From assembly GCF_000150275.1 (NCBI RefSeq), contig NW_002060969.1, positions 580,809 through 644,808 of the forward strand: a stretch of 64,000 nucleotides of DNA, in the 5' to 3' direction. The notes below the pieces were generated by a model. The model had not been told where the DNA came from. It was given only the letters and a program-made list of their open reading frames with translations, and did no database searches. The stretch comes from Trichoplax adhaerens. Its lineage: Eukaryota > Animalia > Placozoa. The position numbers and the translations under genes were made by a program. The first letter of the stretch is position 1; each line of letters starts with the position of its first letter. Positions 37,389-53,365 of the stretch are shown in pieces.

Positions 37389-40300
37389 AACTGGAGTTTA
37401 GTAGGCTTTCTTAGTTAAAATTCAAATATGCGACTCGCTGTCTTTGGATGAGGTAAAATTTTGATTTTTCTATCGCCGTACAATAAGGAGTACGCTCGAT
37501 TTTAAAACTATCGTAGCAGTTGGTATGTATTATATAAGGTATCGTAAACTTTACCCAAATTAATATTATTTTTATTAGTATTATTATAATTAATTAGAAG
37601 CAGAACAGATGGCAAACTAATTAAAAGATCACTACAGTCAATTGAGCAATTATGAGGATTAGAATGACGCAGATAGTTATGTATATTGCGTGATTGAAGT
37701 TGATAAACCTAATACGTGTAAATCATTCTGATTAGATATCATGTTACTGCGTATCGGATAGCTAAAAATCAATAAAATAACCCTGATGGCTGGTAAATTA
37801 CCATTCCTAACCTATTTGCATCCTATAATGTATTAAAGCATAACAAGAGTTTAATAATTGACTTTGGTATATTTGATGTGATTATCTATGCGAATATAAA
37901 TAATCTCGATATTTATTTCATTTCTTCTCTTATGTCAGAAAAGCTATTTTTGGGTAGTTCTCAGTAATAGCTAAATCTATGCTATTTATTCATATTGTAA
38001 TAGTTTATTGAATATTAACTTCGTTGATTGAATCATATTCTACTAAAACCTAAATTGCTAAATCGGTATAATTACAGATTACCTAACGTTAAAATAAATT
38101 GCTAATTATAAGTAGATAAATGAGTATCTAAAAGGAATGGAAATATCAAATCAAAACATGTTTTTCTATCCTTACTTCCTCTTATTAATTAATCCTATTT
38201 TACAGCAAAAACAATAATACCCATGTAATAATGATTTTAATTAGTGAAAACTATCTTTTAATGAACATTAAAGTGGCTACTACAAAACTCAAAACAATCT
38301 ATTCAATAATTATGATTTACTAGCTATTTATATAGTAAAATTGACTAATATTAGAAATGGCAAGCATACAATGCCAAATTTTATCTTGAAAATTACTTCT
38401 ATGTAAATGCTATTTTCGTTTTTAATTAGTGACTGCTTATAGTACAATTTGTTCTAAGATATATTATTACCGTAGTTAGTGATGACAATTCGTTATTGTT
38501 TATTAAATTTTCGCCATTCGATTTGCATTGCATTCTTTATCTAATAATTAGCAAAGAATTTTCTTATAGTTGCAAAAATTACATATCATTAATCTCAGAT
38601 TCCTTCATTTCAAGTTTCTATGGATAAAATACATGATATTCTTATATAATTCTGGTGCAGACTAATTTCTTCATACCATTATAGACTAGATAACATTAGT
38701 ATTTCTATCTCCTAAAAATAATTCGAAGTCTTTCTTATGAAATGCATCATCTAAGCAATGGATTATTGTTAATTGAATAAAAGCTGAATATAAACGAAAC
38801 CTTCTCATGCAGACGTAGGACTGTCTAATTCAATTATAATTATACACAAAATACAAAAAGCTACTATTCATTATAAAGTTATTATATGATGGCTATTAGT
38901 GACATGTGTGCGGTTCGACTACGGTAAATCATGGCAATATTCCATTAGTTAAACATAACATATTATTTGACCATACTTTAACATACTAATACTTAATCGT
39001 TCTATAAGTACTGACTTCTACTTTAGTCTTTGTCATAGTCTTGATTCTTCTCTACAGTATGTCGGCATTTAATGTTCACCACATCTAACATATTTAAAAA
39101 TCGAATAACATTTTAGTATTTAAGTTACTATTCTATAACTTTTATTTTTTCCACTATTTATTTAAGCTAATAGATTCAGCATCTTATGCTATTGCATTGT
39201 TTTGCCACATGTTACTGTATTTCCGCCTTAGCAAACAATTAAAACACTTGAACTTTGCCTTTATTTTATTAATAGGCAACTATTTCTCAATTACACAAGC
39301 ACCTTCTAAAATGACTAAAATACCAGTTCGTCATCACTAAATCCTGTCAACCTGTAATCTGATGAATAATTACCGAGTGACTATTTTTAATGGTGCGCAA
39401 GACTTTACGGTTTTATAATAACATAAGTTTTTGCATTGATACTTTTACCTAAGGGGAAATTAATGTACAGTAGTGCTAGTTTCCTAATGTTTTAAAGTAT
39501 TGCAGCAAATATTGGATCTCATCAAGATCGGTATATTTCAAATCTAATTACTCTGTGCGTATATAAAAATGCAATTGATGAATTTCGTTTTGTTAACAAT
39601 ATCATATAATAAGTTTCAGGTTACATTATTGTTATATTCATCAACTACAATTGATCTTCTTTCTGAAGAATCTGCAGCTCGACTGCCTTGCTTATCTATT
39701 GTTAGTAAATGCATTTTCTATTGTTACAAGCTAGGGATACCTCTAACTTGCAATCAGTACTGAGAATATTTTTCCTTTATCCCATATTACTAAAAATTGG
39801 AATACCGATCAGTTGGTATTCCAATGTTAGATTAAATGAAGGCAAAATACAATGAGGCTTCCAATCTTACTATGAAATCATAATTTCTTTATTAACGGTG
39901 AGATCACGGTTTAAATAGAATTAGGTGTTTAGAAAGCAGGTTTGGTTACACGAGGTACTTCGTCTTTAACAATTAGGCCAAATAAATTTGCTAAAGCAAC
40001 TCAATTTGTACCGATCAAGTTAGTTTAATCCTCTTTAATTGACTGCGTTACTATTAAACTGCTTAATTCCTGAATATAAAGTAGTGAACATATGTTAGGT
40101 TATCGTACTAGGATATTTCATCCAAATTTAGAAGCTGTATTTTCAATTTCCAAAATCATTCACAGTGATTAATAAGGTCTAGTTAAACTAGTTCGTAATT
40201 ACTGTTTTAATCTGTATATTCCTAAATCAATAGCTGCTTATGCTTCAATGACCACTATCTATTAACTTATAGTTGAGAAACCCGTAAAAATTACTGACAC

Positions 40301-43156
40301 GTATTTATACATTATACATGTATGTAAATATAAAATATATACATATACGTATATATATATGTATATATATATATGCATGCATAATTTGAGCAATGTATGC
40401 ATGCATAAATGTAAGATGAAAATCATCCATAATATATACGTCCCGGTAATTTACTTTTGTGATACTCATGGTTTTAACATGCTAGGATTTAGGGGAAAAT
40501 GTAATTCTCAACTTGACTATGACGATGATACTCTAGGCTAAGAACTTTAGTATGTAATGCTAATGTAGAAAATTAGAGTTAACGGCTCCATATCAACTGA
40601 TTTTGATCACAGATAGCAAAAAAATGATAGATATTAGCCTCTTACTCGTGCTATATAATTACAGTACATTATTATCTTTGTTTACTCTTTTAAACAAATA
40701 AACTACGTTACCGGTTGCTTACCATGTTAACTCAAAGGTATCAAGTTAGGTACTGTAATTTAATTTGTAATTTATGATAGTGATTAATAATTTTACTATA
40801 ACATAAATCGTGTCCCAAAATTTACAAATCCTTTTTTGAAACGCTCTCATGCTTTATTCCATTACAGGTTTACTCAAAAATGCTGCTTAATAATACTCAA
40901 TGTGGTTTACGATACAGTAGACTATGATTTCAAAAATTTGTCAACTATAGATAGCAAACAATTATTCTTATAAATGCTATAAATAGAGTCTTCTAGAAGC
41001 TAGTAATAACAATGTGGTTAAATGCAGGTGCTAATTTAAAGTTATATTTTAGTATGTAGCTCATTTGTACACCCAATATGAGGGCCTACAAGAGTAATGA
41101 TCTAATTTTTTAAATAGCTTCATTCCAATCAAGAATCTTGAATATTTGAATACAATATAGTTGTAATTGATTCCAATTAATTGAATATATCTTTGTACGA
41201 ATGTAGAAATTTTATTCAACGTCTATAACAATTTATAGATCTTTACAAGCTATTGTCATGTATATCAAATCAGCCTGGATTGCAGATAGCGATATATAAC
41301 TTGTATACAGTTTCATATTGAGTGTAGACACTTTTTATTTTACCTCTTTTAATTAAAAAGACTTTAAGCGCTATGATGTGAATGAAACACTGTGAATTTA
41401 TTACGCAATGGACCATTTATAACAGATTAATTGCATGATTTTGCTTGTCTTATACAGAGGTTACAATATCATGTCCGGACAACATTGCAGAACGGACACG
41501 TAGGTTTAACAAGCTTCCGATCAATAAGACCGTATTTACAACCAGTGCAAGTGCTTAAATTCTAAATTCTAAAAGCGAAACATATAGAAAGATCTTTACT
41601 TCATTAATATGTTGGATATATAATAATGTTTTATAATTAAATAATATTTCGTACTTTTTTTGAGAGTTGGGATTAAGTTATATGCTCCAATCGAAGTAGC
41701 TAGGTTCATTAAAATCTAGAACTTAAATTTACGATATATCTAAGAAGAAATGATCTTCAAAAATTATGATGGCTAGTATGGGATATTTTATCAAGAGATA
41801 ATCACAGAGAATAATCTTAGCTTCAGATTTTAGTATATTATTTAGAGATTGGTACTATAATGTAGTATCGCATGTGTGGAAGATAAATTTCACTCAAGCC
41901 TTTGATAGCAATTGGGCACTATATAAAGCATACTGCGTAGGCTCTGATGTACAGATTATAGCGAACTTGGATACTACAAAACTCATATGCTATAGTTGTA
42001 CTCTGATTACAGTGATAGCCTGCATAGTACGTATATAATTCTTCAAGTTAATATGCCTATGATGCAAATGTCAAAACGTAAGGGTCAACTTTAGTAAAGG
42101 TGATTGTAAAGCGATGCCTAAGTTGTAAAACACATCATACTGCGCCAAATAAGTTCTTTCGGGCAAGTGCTTTTTATTATAACATTATTTCTGCCAATAT
42201 TATACTAATAAATGATTTATTTATACGGGTATAAATGTGCGAGTAACCTCAGATTTCGTGCAATGCGGTATCATGTTTTGTAAGATATTTTAGAAAGAAA
42301 CTTATACAAAAGAAGTCTGGAGTTAGTTTTTATTAATATAATGTAACAAATTACTTAAAGAATAAACGACCAGCAAATTAGGAATTAAATATCTGATTAA
42401 TTTGAAATGACGATGAGATAAATTGTCATTTAGCATGAGATTGCTTGAAACTTTCTATTGCTCTTTAACTATCTAGCTAGAGCGTAAAATATTTCCAATA
42501 CAGGATATCTTTGTGTATAAATCCAAGCTTAGAAATCCTACTTTTTCTTTATATTTTACAGATATTATCGTAATTATCACATAAACGTATTTATTCTGTA
42601 ACCTAAGTAAATAATTAATGTTTAGTATTATTAGCTCTGATTTTTACGATCAGTTTAACGTCAATACTAGATATTGATATTTTACAGTGGTATCGAGACT
42701 GTGATGCATTGTATTGTTAAATTATCCCCTTTAGAAGGATTGCCCTTTTCGCCCTGTACTAGTATAAGTCACCTATGGGTTTTCTTAACTGTTAGTTTGT
42801 GAATTACAGTGTATCATATGTAGCACGACGAGATTAATGCAGTAAATGATCATTGCTTTATTAATTACTTCGTCTAAAATATTTCAAGATTATGTTTCTT
42901 TATTCATGTACCTAACATTGCAGTTTTTACGATAAGTATGAGATTATTAGCTACGTAGGACTTAGATCAGTTATTATTTTTTTCATTTCTCGTAACTGAC
43001 AGCATTTAAGCGTATAGCTATTTCGGCTATCATTATAAACTTAGAACTAATGAATTTCTTTTTACTGTCATATTTAATGTTAATGTAGAATTCGTTATAA
43101 GATGCCTATTCATCTTTTGCAGATACATGAAAATTATTCTGCATAGTCAAAAGATT

Positions 43157-44200
43157 TTAACGACCATATCTAGGATAAAGATACGGCGGTGGTTGATCTT
43201 CTCTTGCTTTTCTATCATAGCTGCTTTCTTTGATAGATCCATGTTTCGAAAAATAATCGGGATTTAAAATACTCAATAAATCGCTTCGAGTTTCTAAACC
43301 CTCTTCATCATACCTATCATATAAATCACCTCGTGCAAATTTTAATAGTTCACTTGATGGGTTTTTTAGAAGATGTTGATATGGCGTTTCATAGTGACGG
43401 GGATCAAATAGACCATCGGATTTTCTTGTTATGTCATCATTTCCTATAGAATACGTTATATCATATTAGTAAATATTTCAGAAATCATTTTCGTCCAGTT
43501 AGATCGAACTAATTACAATTCCGAGTTATAAAAGCGATTTCTAGAGAATCATGTGTTAGCACCATAAAATTTTGATTTAATCCACCAGAATCAAGTATTG
43601 GTGTTGATAAATACAAGTACTAATCGTATATTGTATAGTTAACTGGATTAGTATGTATATAAATAAATTAAAAATAGAACTCATCTATTTTATTATTAGC
43701 TATTCAATTATATGCAGAAATTACGTTCTTATTCGTTAGATAGTACTGAATTTACACTATGAAATTTGTAGCTAATTCATAGGTTTACCCGGAAATTACG
43801 ATTTCTAAAATTTATATCCTTGTTCTTGTAATATGTTCTCATGTGTTATGATATTTTATTGCCAAGCTACAAATTAATTTTACATTGGATACTAGCTTCT
43901 TCAAATCGAATCTTTGATTAAAGAAACGTACTACAGGTTAAAAAGATATTGATACACCAAGACTAACTTAATAAAAGAGCCTATAGTACTATTAATTACT
44001 AAAAAACTAGAGTAAATGCTAATAAAAAAACAGTTCGTAAATTGCTTAGTCTGAGCATATTTTTGCAGCTTGTGCTGTATTGAAACGCTATGATATTGAG
44101 ACTCACCCAACTTTCCAGTAAAACCTGTTAGGTCATCAATGCGTCTACAAGAGACAGAAGCGAATAAAACATAGGTGTAAATGAACAGCAAAAATTTCAT
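43157..44200 (-). CDS. Secreted prepropeptide with C-terminal QPPPYLYPRY-amide candidate, 2 exons, 126 aa
   Basis: Exon 44107-44200 MKFLLFIYTYVLFASVSCRRIDDLTGFTGKL (signal peptide, donor GTGAGT, phase 1); exon 43157-43443 is open in the matching phase: GNDDITRKSDGLFDPRHYETPY...SYDRKAREDQPPPYLYPRYGR*. Confidence 0.85.
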
Positions 44201-46598
44201 GATACCGATGCTGTATTGAGGAATTTGATAATTTGGAATTTTTTTGGCGGATATAACCAAGCAGATTGTGATACTTTATTCAGCGAGGTAGACACTACTT
44301 ATAACATTTATCTATGATTCTATCAGAGGAAGTTGAAACAGCTGCTGTCTTGGACTTAATTAATTTGATGACTCAAAAGACAGATTTAGCTCCTTACGAG
44401 ATTTTTGCATGTTTTCAATCAACAGTGTATTAAATTCGTATACCAATGCCTACAAGTTACTTCCAAAAGGATCAAATTAACATTCTGCTTTGCGAAATAT
44501 AATGCTCGTTAGATAATTTTGGATTTGTATATTGTATTATTTCATAACAAAATACCAAATTAATACATATTTTATTGTCTTTATTTTCTCATTATATTGA
44601 TTAACTTCGGACTGATTATAATAGTTTAAAAATAGATCTGATCAGTTAATTTAGCATTGACACTATAAACCAGTTCAAAGTGCATATGTCGGTCTTGGAA
44701 AGAAATTTAAGTCTATTCCTATGCTACTAAATGAATGACATGAAGTAAAATTACATAAATATAGTAGATTATGATATTATTTACAGTATCATTATTAACT
44801 TAATGTAATATCTATATCATACTATTAAAAGGCACGATTACTTCTAGTAATAAAATTACTAAGAAAGACGTATATTAGCATTTTTGTATTAGTTTTTAGC
44901 ACGGTAACATTTTTAAAGGGAGCGTCGCTAATCATTTCCATGCTAGATATAGCATATTTCAGATTGAATGGATTAGCTTCAGAAATATTGCTATTGACGT
45001 TATTAAGGTAGCAATTATATTTGTATAATAAAATTTGGATTAAAATCATCGTCATGACGTCATCCAATCATTACAATATAACTTCGTGGTTGAGGATTAA
45101 AAAAGAATAATGTGTAATAATGCTCCATATTTTAAAATTAGCTATTTTACGTTTAAGTGAACACGTAGGTGTAGAAGGATTCAACGTTGAATAAATATTT
45201 TAAGCTATCTAAATCCGATTGTCGCAAGAGTACAGTACTTGTTATGCTGATACTGACATGTTCTAACTATTACATAAGACGGTTGCTAATTAGGGTCGCT
45301 TGTGCAACTGGGTGGGCTAAAGTTAATATCTTTAACTATAGCTTAGCTGCAAAATGTTTGATCAAACCATACTACTACGAGTATAATTGGTTAATTGTAA
45401 TAATTATACGATAATAAAAGTTTATCTGCAAGCTCAAGGATGAGATTTGCTTGAACATATATTTGTATTTTTACTCATCATCCACTTTCTTCATTATATA
45501 AGAACTGGTTGCGTCTAAAACAAAATTTTTAATATACATTAATCATAATTACATCAGTAAAATACTGTTACATGGTACTACAGCATACGCACAGATATTG
45601 CTTAGCGGTGAAGGGAAATCATAACATAATATGAATCAATTGTAAAGTGTGATTTAGGGCACATATTGCGGCAAGTTATGCGATAACACATCAAAACTAG
45701 GTTACAGAAGCTGTATTCACACTTTGGGTATATAAAGTAAAAACTGAATGTCGGTGATAGTATACCGTACTTCTTATCGAATAATACGGCTAGCAATGAA
45801 GAGGGGAGTCTTGTTTTGCTGCATTCACTTTCTGTTTTGAAAATTCTTACTGCGCAACGGAAAACGGTGCAGTTAATTTTGAGGATTATAATCCCCATGA
45901 CCGTCATTCATAGAACCTGTAACAATAAAAATTTTCTTATGATGTTTTCTATGTCCTATCAACTGGCAGTGCAGGATTGGTTTTGTTTTTATAGTACACC
46001 GACAATATTTTTTAAGGCACCGATTCTTATCAATATTACATTGCATCTAAATATAATTGCAATAATCAGCAGTTTAACTTAGCTACAAGAGAACAGATTT
46101 TATTCATGCAAAATTATTGAATGCTTTAATTTTCGAGATGTTTCAGTTTGTAGTATCTGTTAAATAACTTTAATCCTCAGTTGAATATAATTTCGGTAAT
46201 TATAGACCATAATGTTATTAACTTGATTAAATCTTTAATTTTCGGAAACACTTATGCGGTTTTATATTTCAGAAATATCATTATAAAGTTCCTTTAAAAA
46301 TACACTACTTGTATTATATAATTTACATCATCATCAATATTAAAATTACAAGAAAACACGGCCCAGAGACATGTTATAAGCGTTTCTCTTCTTATCCTGT
46401 AGTAATGTTGCTACAAGCTGTTGCTAGAATTAAAATCTAATCAGACCGGGTACTGCAATAAAGCTAGAAATTTCGATGAATTCTAAACGGAATTATCTTA
46501 TTTTTCATGATATACCGCACTATAAGAAAGTTTGATATTGGTAAAATAAAAGCCGAGATTTTTTCTTAGCTGGTACCACTGACATGTTTCGAACTTGG

Positions 46599-48243
<1,645 letters not shown>

Positions 48244-48667
48244 ATTTGCTGCTAGTACGTACGTGTACCCCTCGCTCGTCGCGTACAGTAAGTTATCGCA
48301 GCCTATCGCAGTTCGCTCATTACCGACTTTACAGTATTTTGCTATTTGCGGTAATGTACTGTACTGTACAGTACAGTACTGTACTATTTCCTCACAGTGT
48401 ACACTCACTGTACTGTACTGTACTGTATCCTAATATCCTATTACTGTAAACAGTGTACAGTATCATGGTTCCATTGACTCCCTTAAAATAAGCGTACGGT
48501 ACTGTACTTTGGTGCTTTTGTTGACATGCGTAAAAAATAGTATGGAGAACCTACAGTACAGTACAGTACAGTACAATAAATACACATACTGTACCGTACT
48601 CTTCAATACTGTACTGTAGTGTAAGCTTTTAAAAACTTTACAGGTTCTTATTTCGTGATTTCATGCA
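48244..48667. promoter_or_regulatory. Probable bidirectional promoter between HINT and HSPA14, rich in CAGTA/TACTG
   Basis: Head-to-head start codons separated by 424 bp; dense TACTG/CAGTA arrays at 48350-48620. Confidence 0.65.
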
Positions 48668-51600
48668 ATGACGGCGTTTGGTTTACATTTTGGAGGAACT
48701 AATTTGACATTGGCTGTTTGCAAGGTAAATTGCGTTATAGCAGTTCTAAAAGCTGATAAATATGGAACTGTCAGGATGCGTTGAGTAATGCTATTCATGT
48801 ATTCCAGATCATGTTGATTAACATGTTGAATGTAGTAAAATTGAGTAGGATTTGGTAAAACCTGCAAAGATGTACAGTAACATACACTATACGAGATGTA
48901 CTGTACTGTATGTTGTACAGCAAAAGATATACAGTCCAGTAATACTGTACTTTACGACCCTTAGTGTACGTAAGAGAATTCGCCACGTCGGAGAACTCTA
49001 CTCGCTCGTTATACTTCGCGTGTACCAACAGTACTTATACCTTTCACTAAATGGTATTTTACTAGGTGTACAGTAAGTTATGTATAATTATAATACAAGC
49101 ATATTAATATATTACAAGTGCTATCATTTTATTAATCAAATCAAGAATAAAGTTAGTATTTTCAGTTTATCTTTGCTCAACGAATATAACGTTGTTACAG
49201 TACGAGTTTAATGGCGTGCTGCCTTTGGCAGAATATGCAGACAGTATATGTTATATGGTACTCTACTGTACAGTACACTACAGTAACGGACAGTAGAATG
49301 CTTTACGCTATGCGTATTTTACTGTTTTAACTTTGCCTATCTACTGTAGCGGCATTTGATACGTGAATAATATACGACGTATAATTAATAAATTACTAGT
49401 AGGCCCATGCTCGTTATACTTCGCGTACTGGCACTGTATAGTTTGAATGTGTATATGTTATGCGCTTACACTTTCTATTTTACATCATATACATTAAAGT
49501 TACATGAGTATATAATCGGATCAAATTGATCCAAATAACATCATGACCCTATCTTATGAAGTTTTCCTAGCCTAGAAATAATAGTATTGCTTTGTAACCT
49601 TTTAGGATGGTCAAACGGAAATTTTAGCAAATAATGATGGCCATCGATCAACGCCTGCTGTGATCGCTTGTAAAGGAGCTCACTATGTATGAATATTCGA
49701 TCTGTGAATAGGCTCGCAATATTTTTACGTTATTTCTTATTCGTATAATGTAATCCAGCTGCACTAAATCATCCATCTCTGCTGTTAAGAAACCTGATTG
49801 ATAGTTTCTGGTTTACCATAGAAATCAGTAAAACGACAACTATGTACCTACATTACAATTACAAGGAGCATTAATCAAGCCGTCTTATTTATTTAATAGC
49901 AAGTCGTATATAGTACACTTTTAACACAATTATGCTATCTGCTACTTAGCGCTTATTGGGCAATTGCATAATATGTGCTAGAATCAGCTTTGGCTCCTGA
50001 ATTGTAACAGTTCAGCCTTTTGGCTAATATTATACTGTACTTCTGGTGGGTATATAAACGTGTTGAATATTAACTAGGTTTGATACTAGTACAATCACTA
50101 ATTTTGGATTGTTAATAGATGAAGTATTACTTTACCATATGGTAGTTAACCTGGAAAGTTGATTAAAGCGTTTTGGCAAATGCATCACGCAACGGTGTTA
50201 GAAGTAACTTCGTTAAATTTTTAGTAAATGTAATTATAAATTATTCGAACTGCAGATTTTGTATACTGCTAGCAGCTGTGCTGATTAGTGAGTGAAGTGT
50301 TATGTATTTATTTGATTATCAAGTTGAGCTACCCTAGAACACATAGCAAATTATTCTAAGATTTATTACGTCAGGTCGTGTTTACGCATTTTTTTGGTTG
50401 TAATCGTAGGCTGTTGGAATCAATTCTGCGTTAAATTACAGACCTGGTGAAGATATAATAGTAGAAAATATTCGTTCTATTATCGGCCTAAAGTATGCGA
50501 ATGCAATAAACTATTATTTTATTGTAATGCGATATGTGATTTCTAGAATTTTTAGATATTTATATTTATAGTAAAGGTAACTTCTATATCTGTTCGTACC
50601 TAAAAAATTTTTGAGGTCTCGCAAGTTATTACCGATGTACGATAGAATTTATATAATACTTAAATGTTTGGTGTTTACTATATTGATGAAGATCGGAGGA
50701 TTTCAAAGTACAAGAATTCGTTCGTAAATCCAAATGTAAGGTAACGTGACAGTTAGAGCGGGTATACGCGTGGTATTAATTACGGCGACAATGGTGAAAT
50801 ATATTACACCTTCTTAGCTGACACTTTCAATGAAATATTTTTTCTAGTAGTTAAAGAATCAGTTATTAGATAGCTCTAGAATTAAAATTAAATCACCGTA
50901 TACCATAAATTGACTGTAGATAGAATCCGATGAGGAAGATATTATTTTCAAATTTAAAGAAAATCTGAAAGATACTTTTACGTTGTCTCGGCTTGTAGTA
51001 CTTCTGCTACAGAAAATGAAAGGTATATGTCGATAAACTGTATTTATCTTAAATTGTAGTAGCTATCAAAGGGTTAAGTAACCTAGGATCTAACAAAATA
51101 TAACTATACTTAGCTTTGAAACATAACCATTAACTTTGATCAGTGTATTCGTACTAATTAGAAATTACGCAAACTTACACCCAAGAAGAACCTATCCGGG
51201 TCGTTTTAGCTGTACCCGTCTATTATAAGGACGTGCAAATACTGGCACTGAAGTAACTTACGTACTTGTGGACTTACTAGTTACTTCAAATTGCATATCA
51301 CTGTCAGATTGACTAAAAGCTAAGTGATTCGCCAATTCCTAACTATTATATCCTTCTAGGGCCGCCGCTGAAGAAGTTGGATTTAACGTTCTTCGATTTG
51401 TGAAAGAACCCTGCGCTGCTGCGTTAGCGTACCAGATAGGACAGAATGACATATACGAAAATGGGTAGGTTATTCTTCATTCATAATGCAATCCATTATT
51501 TTGTAGTACTCTTTCAGATACCTTTTCATAACTTTATCTATACAATTTTATTTTATGCAATTTCTGTGTAATTTTAGATACTACCTAATATTTCGTCTGG

Positions 51601-53365
51601 GGGGTAAGAGCACAGATGTAACTATATTGAGGGTAGACGGAGGATTATATGAGATATTAGCTTACAAAAACGAGCAAAACTTTGGTGGAGAAGATTTTAG
51701 TTGCACTATTAGTGAATGTTTAATAAAGGAATTTGAAAAGTATGGGCTAGTTTCAAAGTAGTTATATAATTATAATTTTTTTTACCTTGTTGGATTCATT
51801 TATATTTTCATTTATTACAATAAATTTTGTTTAGAAAATGGAATGTACAGATCCCAAGGGACAGTCAACGCGCTCTCAATAAATTCTTAAAAGCTGCTGA
51901 GCAATGCAAACAAATCCTATCGTTATCTCCTACTGCAACTCATTTCATTGAATCCGCGTATGATGGTATCGATTACCAGTGTAGTATTAGTCGAACTAAA
52001 TTTGAGATGCTATGCAGTAAACTATTGGAAAAGTGCCTTAACTTAATCGATAATACCTTGAATGATACATCTTTGACCAAGACTGATATTGCTAAGGTCG
52101 CAAAAAACGCTTGCGATTTATTACATTAAAGTAGCAGTCTATTAATATTATTATTTAACGAAAATTAATCATATACCGTTGTATAGTTTCAGATTTAATG
52201 TCGTGATAATTTAATGTAAGTCATTAAAGTTAATAATATTTATACATAGATTATTCTTAGCGGAGGATCATCACGTATTTTAAAACTCCAAGAAATAATT
52301 AAAGCCAGATTTGACATCCCAGTCTGTGTAGGTATAAATCCAGGAGAGGTCATTGCTATCGGTGCCGCTGCACAGGTTGGTTAGCTGAAATCTTGGAGAG
52401 TAATTTACGTAAAGAATTTATGTTTAGCTGCATTCGTGATTAGTCACTGATTATTCTTCCTACTCGTATGTTAATTATACAGGGAGGGCTTATTTCGAAA
52501 GAATCTTCCGACTGCAGTGAGAAGACTTTATCAGTCCTTTGCTCTCCGTGTGGTATTTGTGTCTCGGTAAATATCTCTAGTCATTTCATAGCATAGAATA
52601 GGCGATAAATAATAGAATCTTAGTTAAAATAGAATAAATATAAAGTTTGTTACGGTATTAGGACAGAGAAAGTGATCTTATAGTGGACGACGTGCAGGTT
52701 ATTGTTCCCAACCTTTGTCCTCTTCCTTTCCGAAAGAGAATTCCGCTGCGAGAAGTCTGTGTCGAGAATCCTCTAGTTTGTATATATGTACATCAATTGC
52801 TTCGATCCGACAAAGAGTACGAAATTCGACCAATAGCAAAGGTATTCGCTACAGTTGGGTTTCTTACAATCTATGTAATCTTTATATGATAAGACAATTT
52901 CTGAATCTCGGGTTTTCCGCCGTAGTTGGTATTAACCGATTTATCAAAAGACGATGACAACCGCTTTATAATTGATGTGGAATATAAACGGTATGACAAA
53001 CTATAAATATTCTACTCGTTCGATTGTATTCATGAAACACCCAGTTTTTTAGCTGATCTACTATTAAATAGTACGATTATGTAAAATGTGTATATAGTAC
53101 TTGTAAACTCAATATTATACCCTAGTCCTTTCTAGACAACCCTTAGATGATATATTTAAGACTATTTTTGTTCGTAAATTGTTCTATTAATTATCTGTAA
53201 TCGCACTTTATTTTCCTGAAAAGTTTCTAGTGATGATATCAGGGATTGATCATTGTTATTTACGATCACTGATATTATAGGGATGGAGAAATTAAAATAG
53301 AACTAATAGAGACCATTTCAAAACAAGCAACATCCTTAACTATCGGCACCGAGAAGATAGAGTGA
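48668..53365 (+). CDS. HSPA14: Hsp70 family member 14 (ribosome-associated complex subunit), multi-exon
   Basis: MTAFGLHFGGTNLTLAVCK|DGQTEILANNDGHRSTPAVIA, AAEEVGFNVLRFVKEPCAAALAYQIGQ, FRLGGKS, NFGGEDF, AEQCKQILS, ESAYDGIDYQCSISRTKFE, SGGSSRI; short C-terminus lacking EEVD. Confidence 0.88.
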
